Of a DNA stretch of 64,000 nucleotides, positions 57,001 to 64,000 are shown in pieces (within the stretch, counting starts at the first letter, position 1; each line of letters opens with the position of its first letter). Location of the stretch: assembly GCF_053078305.1 (NCBI RefSeq), contig NZ_CP166879.1; one strand, written 5' to 3'. Under the pieces are notes generated by a model that did no database searches, was not told the DNA's origin, and saw only the letters and a program-made list of their open reading frames with translations. The position numbers and the translations under genes are program-made.

Positions 57001-57378
57001 ACGCAGCCAGTCAGCCAGATTTTGCAAGGGGTTATACCACGGCAGCAATTTACGTAGCAGCACTGCCCCGACCACGGCTTCAACAATATTGATGGTCGTC
57101 CAGGTCATGTTCAGCGAGCTGGTGGAAAAAAGCAGGATGGATGCGGCGATATTTCCCAGCGAACAGCTCAGCGCAATTCCCGGCCACATGCGCCCGGCAT
57201 GGCGATAAAACGCCACCATCATGATGGACGTCGGGAACCACAGTGGGGCGAGTTGGGTGCCAAACTGCGAAAGCTCAAGCGAGAAAAGGGTAAAGATAAA
57301 CGAGACTAAACCTAAACTGACCAGGTGAAGCAGCGGGTGGGGCAGGGCAATTAATACATGCTGTGATTGTTTGCTCAT
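54061..57378 (-). CDS. dgcE: Diguanylate cyclase with membrane sensor, PAS, GGDEF and EAL-like domains
   Basis: 1105 aa; hydrophobic N-terminal sensor region, a GGDEF motif (RLGGDEFG) and a C-terminal EAL-like region. Confidence 0.92.
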   Translation of the reverse strand: MSKQSQHVLIALPHPLLHLVSLGLVSFIFTLFSLELSQFGTQLAPLWFPTSIMMVAFYRHAGRMWPGIALSCSLGNIAASILLFSTSSLNMTWTTINIVEAVVGAVLLRKLLPWYNPLQNLADWLRLALGSAIVPPLLGGVLVVLLTPGDDPLRAFLIWVLSESIGALALVPLGLLFKPHYLLRHRNPRLLFESLLTLAITLTLSWLSMLYLPWPFTFIIVLLMWSAVRLPRMEAFLIFLTTVMMVSLMMAADPSLLATPRTYLMSHMPWLPFLLILLPANIMTMVMYAFRAERKHISESETRFRNAMEYSAIGMALVGTEGQWLQSNKALCQFLGYSQEELRGLTFQQLTWPEDLNKDLQQVEKLISGEINTYSMEKRYYNRNGDVVWALLAVSLVRHTDGTPLYFIAQIEDINELKRTEQVNQQLMERITLANEAGGIGIWEWELKPNIFSWDKRMFELYEIPPHIKPNWQVWYECVLPEDRQHAEKVIRDSLQSRSPFKLEFRIAVKDGIRHIRALANRVLNKEGEVERLLGINMDMTEVKQLNEALFQEKERLHITLDSIGEAVVCIDMAMKITFMNPVAEKMSGWTQEEALGVPLLTVLHITFGDNGPLMENIYSADTSRSAIEQDVVLHCRSGGSYDVHYSITPLSTLDGSNIGSVLVIQDVTESRKMLRQLSYSASHDALTHLANRASFEKQLRILLQTVNSTHQRHALVFIDLDRFKAVNDSAGHAAGDALLRELASLMLSMLRSSDVLARLGGDEFGLLLPDCNVESARFIATRIISAVNDYHFIWEGRVHRVGASAGITLIDDNNHQAAEVMSQADIACYASKNGGRGRVTVYEPQQAAAHSERAAISLDEQWRMIKENQLMMLAHGVASPRIPEARNLWLISLKLWSCEGEIIDEQTFRRSFSDPALSHALDRRVFHEFFQQAAKAVASKGISIALPLSVAGLSSATLVNDLLEQLENSPLPPRLLHLIIPAEAILDHAESVQKLRLAGCRIVLSQVGRDLQIFNSLKANMADYLLLDGELCANVQGNLMDEMLITIIQGHAQRLGMKTIAGPVVLPLVMDTLSGIGVDLIYGDVIADAQPLDLLVNSSYFAIN

Positions 57379-57695
57379 TACCGCTTTATCCGCAAGGCCA
57401 GGTCGCCAGTATTCGTTTCTGTGTTTATGCTAGTACAAAAGTTTTACATTTTATATGCGAATTGCTCATAAAGTGACGTAAAGGCGGATAATTTGCGCAA
57501 CTGCGTATAACATTTTTTACCTTACATAAAACTAATCAACGTAATTTGCCACCGGGAATTCTTTGTCAACAATTAACTCTGAGCGCGCGGCAACGCTATT
57601 CGACTGGTATCAGGCGGATGAAATCCCTATAATTGCCGCGTTTGGCGCTTCGTCGCCCCCTTCCTAACATCCAGGTTAATCAGGTCGCTAAATAT

Positions 57696-58337
57696 ATGAC
57701 TGATCAGTCTCATCAGTGCGTCATTATCGGTATCGCTGGCGCATCGGCTTCCGGCAAGAGTCTTATTGCCAGTACCCTTTATCGTGAATTACGTGAGCAA
57801 GTCGGTGATGAACACATCGGCGTAATTCCCGAAGACTGCTATTACAAAGATCAAAGCCATCTGTCGATGGAAGAACGCGTTAAGACCAACTACGACCATC
57901 CCAGCGCGATGGATCACAGCCTGCTGCTTGAGCATTTACAAGCGTTGAAACGCGGCTCGGCAATTGACCTGCCGGTTTACAGCTATGTTGAACATACGCG
58001 TATGAAAGAAACGGTGACGGTTGAGCCGAAGAAGGTCATCATTCTCGAAGGCATTTTGTTGCTGACGGATGCGCGTTTGCGTGACGAACTTAACTTCTCC
58101 ATTTTCGTTGATACCCCGCTGGATATCTGCCTGATGCGCCGCATCAAGCGTGACGTTAACGAGCGTGGGCGTTCAATGGATTCCGTGATGGCGCAATATC
58201 AAAAAACCGTGCGCCCGATGTTCCTGCAATTCATTGAGCCTTCTAAACAATATGCGGACATTATCGTGCCGCGCGGCGGGAAAAACCGCATCGCGATCGA
58301 TATATTGAAAGCGAAAATAAGTCAGTTCTTTGAATAA
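57696..58337 (+). CDS. udk: Uridine/cytidine kinase
   Basis: Start taken at [22 protein letters not shown] (P-loop). Confidence 0.95.
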
Positions 58338-58428
58338 GCTTGATAAATTGTGTACCGTTCAGTGATAACCTGGTATGCCCTTGACGTAATTGGCGTTAAG
58401 GGAGTGATGCGCGAAAGGAGAAAATGCC

Positions 58429-59010
58429 ATGCGTCTGTGTGACCGAGATATTGAAGCCTGGCTTGATGAAGGCCGTTTGTCGATCAACCCACGTCCGCCA
58501 GTGGAGCGTATTAACGGCGCGACGGTGGATGTACGCCTGGGCAATAAATTTCGTACCTTCCGTGGTCACACGGCAGCGTTTATCGATCTGAGCGGTCCCA
58601 AAGATGAAGTGAGCGCCGCGCTTGACCGCGTGATGAGCGATGAGATCGTTCTCGACGAGGGCGAGGCGTTCTATCTTCACCCAGGAGAGCTGGCGCTGGC
58701 GGTGACGCTGGAGTCGGTGACGCTGCCAGCCGATCTGGTGGGCTGGCTGGACGGGCGTTCCTCTTTGGCGCGTCTGGGGCTGATGGTGCACGTCACCGCA
58801 CACCGTATCGATCCGGGCTGGTCTGGCTGCATTGTGCTGGAGTTCTACAACTCCGGTAAGCTGCCGCTGGCGCTGCGTCCGGGCATGTTAATTGGTGCGC
58901 TGAGCTTTGAGCCGCTTTCCGGCCCGGCGGCGCGACCTTACAACCGCCGTGAAGATGCGAAATATCGCAACCAGCAGGGCGCGGTAGCCAGCCGAATCGA
59001 TAAAGACTAA
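58429..59010 (+). CDS. dcd: dCTP deaminase
   Basis: 193 aa beginning [17 protein letters not shown]. Confidence 0.95.
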
Positions 59011-59031
59011 TTCAGGCCCATTGAGGATACC

Positions 59032-60885
59032 ATGAGACGATTTCTGACGACGCTGATGATACTCCTGGTCGTGCTGGTGGCCGGGTTATCTGCGTTAGTG
59101 TTGCTGGTGAATCCGAATGATTTCCGCGACTATATGGTCAAGCAAGTTGCTGCACGTAGCGGTTATCAATTGCAGCTCGACGGGCCACTGCGTTGGCACG
59201 TCTGGCCGCAGCTTAGTATCCTCTCCGGGCGAATGTCTCTCACCGCCCAGGGCGCGAGCCAGCCACTGGTTCGCGCCGACAACATGCGCCTGGACGTGGC
59301 GCTTTTACCACTACTGAGTCATCAACTGAGCGTTAAGCAGGTGATGCTAAAAGGGGCAGTGATCCAACTGACGCCGCAGACGGAAGCGGTGCGCAGTGAA
59401 GACGCTCCGGTTGCACCGCGCGACAATACCTTGCCGGATCTGTCAGACGATCGCGGATGGTCGTTTGATATATCCAGTCTTAAGGTGGCGGACAGCGTTC
59501 TGGTGTTCCAGCATGAAGATGACGAGCAGGTGACAATCCGCAATATCCGCCTGCAAATGGAACAAGATCCCCAACATCGTGGCTCATTTGAGTTTTCCGG
59601 GCGGGTTAATCGCGATCAGCGCGATCTCACGATATCCCTTAACGGTACGGTAGATGCTTCTGATTATCCGCATGATTTAACGGCGGCTATTGAACAAATT
59701 AACTGGCAGTTGCAGGGTGCAGATTTACCAAAACAAGGTATTCAGGGGCAGGGGAGTTTCCAGGCCCAGTGGCAGGAGTCACATAAACGCCTTTCATTTA
59801 ACCAAATTAGTTTGACCGCCAATGATAGTACGCTGAGCGGGCAAGCACAGGTCACGCTGACAGAGAAACCGGAATGGCAGCTGAGACTGCAATTCCCGCA
59901 ACTGAATCTTGACAACCTCATCCCGCTTAATGAAACCGCGAATGGTGAAAACGGTGCCGCGCAGCAGGGGCAGAGCCAATCAACGTTGCCGCGCCCGGTC
60001 ATTTCTTCGCGTATTGATGAACCGGCCTATCAGGGACTGCAAGGCTTTACGGCTGATATTTTGTTGCAGGCCAGTAACGTGCGCTGGCGCGGAATGAATT
60101 TTACAGATGTTGCCACGCAAATGACCAACAAGTCGGGTTTGCTGGAAATTACTCAACTGCAGGGCAAACTTAACGGTGGACAGGTTTCACTGCCGGGCAC
60201 GCTGGACGCGACATCAATAAATCCGCGGATAAACTTCCAGCCACGGCTGGAAAACGTTGAGATTGGTACCATTCTGAAGGCGTTTAACTATCCGATTTCG
60301 TTGACCGGAAAGATGTCACTGGCTGGTGATTTCTCCGGTGCTGACATAGATGCCGACGCATTCCGCCACAACTGGCAAGGACAGGCACATGTCGAAATGA
60401 CCGACACGCGCATGGAAGGGATGAACTTCCAGCAGATGATTCAGCAAGCGGTAGAACGTAATGGTGGTGATGTGAAGGCCGCTGAAAACTTCGATAACGT
60501 AACGCGTCTTGACCGCTTTACCACCGATTTGACGTTGAAGGATGGCGTCGTGACGTTAAACGACATGCAAGGTCAATCGCCTGTGCTGGCGCTGACAGGG
60601 GAAGGCATGTTGAATCTGGCAGATCAAACCTGCGACACCCAGTTTGATATTCGGGTCGTGGGTGGCTGGAACGGGGAAAGCAAACTGATTGATTTCCTCA
60701 AAGAAACGCCAGTACCGCTGCGGGTTTATGGCAACTGGCAGCAACTCAATTACAGTCTGCAAGTGGATCAGTTACTGCGCAAACATCTACAGGACGAAGC
60801 GAAACGTCGCCTGAATGACTGGGCCGAGCGGAATAAAGATTCCCGCAATGGCAAAGATGTGAAGAAGTTGCTGGAGAAGATGTAG
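59032..60885 (+). CDS. asmA: Outer-membrane assembly protein AsmA
   Basis: 617 aa with an N-terminal membrane anchor. Confidence 0.9.
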   Translation: MRRFLTTLMILLVVLVAGLSALVLLVNPNDFRDYMVKQVAARSGYQLQLDGPLRWHVWPQLSILSGRMSLTAQGASQPLVRADNMRLDVALLPLLSHQLSVKQVMLKGAVIQLTPQTEAVRSEDAPVAPRDNTLPDLSDDRGWSFDISSLKVADSVLVFQHEDDEQVTIRNIRLQMEQDPQHRGSFEFSGRVNRDQRDLTISLNGTVDASDYPHDLTAAIEQINWQLQGADLPKQGIQGQGSFQAQWQESHKRLSFNQISLTANDSTLSGQAQVTLTEKPEWQLRLQFPQLNLDNLIPLNETANGENGAAQQGQSQSTLPRPVISSRIDEPAYQGLQGFTADILLQASNVRWRGMNFTDVATQMTNKSGLLEITQLQGKLNGGQVSLPGTLDATSINPRINFQPRLENVEIGTILKAFNYPISLTGKMSLAGDFSGADIDADAFRHNWQGQAHVEMTDTRMEGMNFQQMIQQAVERNGGDVKAAENFDNVTRLDRFTTDLTLKDGVVTLNDMQGQSPVLALTGEGMLNLADQTCDTQFDIRVVGGWNGESKLIDFLKETPVPLRVYGNWQQLNYSLQVDQLLRKHLQDEAKRRLNDWAERNKDSRNGKDVKKLLEKM

Positions 60886-60902
60886 GTTACCAGGTGACCT
60901 GT

Positions 60903-60945
60903 CCTGTAGGCCTGATAAGACGCGTAAAGCGTCGCATCAGGCGTT
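60903..60945. repeat. REP element
   Basis: gcctgataagacgcgtaaagcgtcgcatcaggc palindrome. Confidence 0.55.
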
Positions 60946-61335
60946 CGCGGCGGCACCATTATATTCTGAATATGTAAGATCGAAGGCTGTTCCGTTCACT
61001 TGATGTTCCTCACTACTATGGAACGCTCAAGCCGGTGAACGTGCCAGGGTGGCTCAATCGCCACCACCCTGGCAACCCGGGCTCCCGGCGGTAAATCGCC
61101 GCTGGCGCGGTTCCCTCATCTTATTCCTTTCGGCTATCGGGTATGGGCGCGAGGTAACATCCCTGTAAAACGCGCCCTCAGCCCACATCCATGTGGGCTG
61201 CCCCGGCCTACAGGAAACGATTCGGCGATTTACAGCCGGACCCACCCCCCGCTGTAATGTCCATGTACCACAGACAACGCTTCATTGCTGAAGTTATAAG
61301 GCGTTACGCAGCATCGGGTAAAATGACCGATACCA

Positions 61336-62337
61336 TCACACCTCGTACTCCATCTCGCCATCCTTACGCAGCGGTATAATCTGCACCTTCTGCACGCGAT
61401 GGCTTTCTACCTGCAACGTTTTAAGCAAATAATCCCCCACCTGAACTTCTTCGCCAGGTTTTGGAATACGCTGCAAATATTCCATCAACAGCCCGGCAAT
61501 GGTGTGATATTCACGTTTTTCATCCAGCGGCAGCGGCACATATTGCACCAGATCCTCCAGCGGCATATGACCATTCGCCGTCCAGGAACCGTCCGCATTC
61601 TTCTGAATATCATGGCGGGCGTCGATCTCTTCCACTTCGTTCGGTAAGTTACCGGCAATGGTTTCAGTGACGTCACTTAATGTCACAATCCCTTCCACCG
61701 AGCCAAACTCATCCACCACAAAAGCAAAGTGCGTGCGGGCATTACGGAACTGCTCCAGGGCAGGTAACAACGGCAAGGTTTCCGGGAACACCAGCGGCTG
61801 GCGAATCAACACCCGCAGGTTGAGCGGTTCGCCACGCAGAGACTGTTGTAGCAGGTCGATAACGTGAACAACACCGAGCAAATCTTCTGCGTCATCGCCA
61901 TCAGTAACCACCAGCCGCGTATGCTGATTTCGCTCCAGTAACTGGCGGATCTCGTCTTCCGGCGCGTTGAGATCGATATGCTCAATATCGTGGCGCGACG
62001 TCATAATGCTGCTGACGGTACGCTGGTTAAGATTAAGTACCCGCTCAATCATCCGCCGTTCCTGCGGATTAAAGATCTGCTGGTTACCATGATCCACCAG
62101 CATGGACGCGGTTTCGGCGTCCAGTTCCGCATCTTCTTTTTGCCCGCTAAGCAGGCGCATTACCGCTTCGGTAGTCCGCTGGCGCAGCGTCTGGTTAGCG
62201 GAAAGAAAACGTCGCCGGTTAAAGATAGCCAACTGATTGAGCGCCTCGATCATCACCGAGAAACCAATAGCAGCGTACAGGTAGCCTTTCGGAATGACGA
62301 ATATAGCGCGGCGATTTTTTTGATACCGATTTGCATT
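61336..62337 (-). pseudogene. yegH: yegH-like CBS/CorC-domain membrane protein, 5'-truncated: C-terminal ~330 codons present, N-terminal membrane domain missing
   Basis: The frame continues upstream of the GTG at 62256 (...FVIPKGYLYAAIGFSVMIEALNQ...) but hits a TGA at 62338-62340 and then diverges into AT-rich DNA. As I recall, full-length YegH has an N-terminal TerC-like membrane domain of about 200 aa that is absent here. Confidence 0.6.
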
Positions 62338-62429
62338 TCATTTGATACCGCTGAAAAACGCCGATACGCAACTTATTTGATACTAAATCGGCGCTTTTCT
62401 TTTGAGTTTTAGAATGAGTTTTTAAGCGC

Positions 62430-63167
62430 TCATTCACTCTCTTTCAAACCAGTTTTAACTGTTTGTGGTTTTGGGTAAGGCTGGACTTTGAATAGCTTTG
62501 TGTTGAGGCGTTTTCTGGCCCTCTTGTTCAGAAACCGGATGTAACGAAACTGTCGGAACTTATGCACACTGGCTCTGTCGATATTAGCCCTCAGATGTTC
62601 ACCTCGTTGTCCGCCTCGTTTAATGGCATTCCTGCAAATCTCGTGATACCACTCGCCATCAAGTTCATAGAATGTTGATTCATGGCTGCCTACATAATCA
62701 AAATTGCTTGCCTGATACACGACACCAAGACAGCCACAACGCTCATCTGCAAACGACTGAACCCACTGTACCTGCGGATAAAGATGCCTGATTAGCTTGA
62801 GCGCGTAACTGATTGCCCTTGATTCGGAGTTTCTCGGCATACAGTCATGCATCCATAGCCGGTTAAGCTCCATATATTCTCGGTTCTGCGTACCCGTTAC
62901 GACGCGTGCACCACTGTTTGGGTTAAGGGCGTAACCCCATTGCATTACGCCAACAAGTTCCCGTTCTGAAAATATACCCAGATGAAGGTAGGAATTATTT
63001 ACGAAACGGTGGCTGTAATGTTTATTGACGATAACCAGTCTGGCCAGCCAGCAACTTATTGTCTCAACCCGCAACTCACGGGAGCCATAACCAACGATAT
63101 TGTCGTTATAGCGAATAAGTTCAGGCGTGCTGATGATTCGGGATGTGACTTGCTTTCTGTTCCCCAC
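62430..63167 (-). CDS. Mom-like DNA modification protein (putative adenine-modifying acyltransferase)
   Basis: 245-aa ORF directly downstream of, and overlapping, the com-like gene, as in phage Mu com–mom. Assigned by context; I could not verify Mom sequence similarity. Confidence 0.5.
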   Translation of the reverse strand: MGNRKQVTSRIISTPELIRYNDNIVGYGSRELRVETISCWLARLVIVNKHYSHRFVNNSYLHLGIFSERELVGVMQWGYALNPNSGARVVTGTQNREYMELNRLWMHDCMPRNSESRAISYALKLIRHLYPQVQWVQSFADERCGCLGVVYQASNFDYVGSHESTFYELDGEWYHEICRNAIKRGGQRGEHLRANIDRASVHKFRQFRYIRFLNKRARKRLNTKLFKVQPYPKPQTVKTGLKESE

Positions 63168-63321
63168 GACAGGATTTCCTTGTGTATGTGGGGTGCTCTG
63201 TGGCGCTCGGAGATGTGATTTGATTGAGGGTTTTACAGCGCGGACATTTTACTTCCAGATAACTGAAACTGGCCCGTGCCAGTAGCTTATTGCAGTGTCG
63301 GCACCGTATGTTTCGATACAT
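63121..63321 (-). CDS. Com-like zinc-finger translational activator
   Basis: [30 protein letters not shown] closely parallels the Mu Com zinc finger as I recall it (IRCKNCNKLLFKADSFDHIEIRCPRCK). Start taken at the internal Met of an 81-aa track ORF. Confidence 0.7.
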   Translation of the reverse strand: MYRNIRCRHCNKLLARASFSYLEVKCPRCKTLNQITSPSATEHPTYTRKSCRGEQKASHIPNHQHA

Positions 63322-63361
63322 GGCCGCATAACCTCCTGCTTTGTTGTTGATGTCTTTCTCA

Positions 63362-63510
63362 TGCAATCGATCGACAAAAACGATCGATTCGATTTGTTTA
63401 ATTGATACAACAAATAGATTGAAAAGTCATCAATAATGATTCAGGGAGGTGATTATTTACTTAAAGAAAACGAAGAGTTAGGTGGTGAAAATGATCATAA
63501 AATGATCATT
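63362..63510. promoter_or_regulatory. GATC-rich region upstream of com/mom (candidate Dam-methylation-dependent promoter control)
   Basis: Four GATC sites within ~140 bp (63369, 63382, 63493, 63504), arranged as palindromes tcgatcga / cgatcg and an inverted pair tgatca-taaaa-tgatca. Confidence 0.5.
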
Positions 63511-63730
63511 TTATTGACTTTTTATACAGTGAAGGTAGGATCGCGCGTATATGTAGTATGTTTCAAATCAATGGGATACTACATACATAAAGGGCGACCC
63601 AGATAGCGCGAACTATTCTGGGCCGATTTAGACAATTTTGCATCAATGCTTTACTTCGAGCTCGTGGCGTATCCTATGATATTCCCCGGTCTCCTGTAAA
63701 GCAGAGATGCATAAAAAGGAGATCTTTATC

Positions 63731-63901
63731 ATGGATAAAGAGCCTGTTTGCCCTGCCTGTAAGACTCCCTTACAGCTCATCTATCGCCGTTCTCGATCTC
63801 AAAATGGCAAGACATACAAACCAAAAAATGCTTCCTGTTTCAGGATGCTGATATGTCCTGCCTGTTCTCCCCGGAGGGAAAATACACAAAACGTGCATTA
63901 A
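63731..63901 (+). CDS. Small zinc-ribbon protein (two CPAC motifs)
   Basis: Strong RBS aaggag 10 nt upstream of the ATG at 63731; translation MDKEPVCPACKTPLQLIYRRSRSQNGKTYKPKNASCFRMLICPACSPRREN. Confidence 0.4.
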   Translation: MDKEPVCPACKTPLQLIYRRSRSQNGKTYKPKNASCFRMLICPACSPRRENTQNVH

Positions 63902-64000
63902 CAAATTCACCCGGCAGGGAAACCTGCCGGTCGGTATTGTTACATCATAGTACCGTCAGTTCCGGGCTGAACCGGCTCTGGTTGCTCTACGGGTTGAGGC

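Larger units (their letters stand above)
62300..64000. mobile_element. Foreign, phage-derived DNA inserted in yegH and carrying a com/mom-like module; only one edge is inside the window
   Basis: Abrupt loss of yegH coding sequence at about 62300, followed by mom-like and com-like genes, a GATC-rich regulatory region and a zinc-ribbon ORF. No transposase or integrase is visible in the part covered. Confidence 0.5.

Overview
The window is an Escherichia coli chromosomal segment, read in the opposite orientation to the K-12 reference map. I recognise this from protein sequences and gene order (recalled from memory, no search run): yehI (partial) – molR – metG – mrp – yehEDCBA fimbrial operon – rcnB/rcnA/rcnR – thiMD – yegXWVUT – fbaB – gatYZABCDR – yegS – yegR – cyaR – yegQ – yegP – baeRS – mdtDCBA – ibs/sib repeats – yegLKI – yegD – alkA – dgcE – udk – dcd – asmA – yegH. 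Most of it is ordinary core genome. It is not K-12 itself: molR and gatR are intact, the P2-remnant genes ogrK/yegZ are absent, and there are three ibs/sib repeat units. The stretches that deserve a second look are: (1) the yegL–yegK–yegI operon, a vWA / PP2C phosphatase / atypical Ser-Thr kinase triad of the TerY-P type; (2) a foreign, phage-like insertion at the window end that truncates yegH and carries a Mu-like com/mom module behind a cluster of GATC sites; (3) a ParE/ParD-like toxin–antitoxin pair inserted between yegQ and yegP; (4) the triplicated Ibs/Sib type I toxin–antitoxin array; (5) the tandem giant WGR-domain paralogs molR and yehI. All calls rest on reading the sequence and the supplied ORF track; no database search or alignment was run, and start codons are often uncertain because the ORF track extends to the furthest upstream ATG/GTG/TTG.
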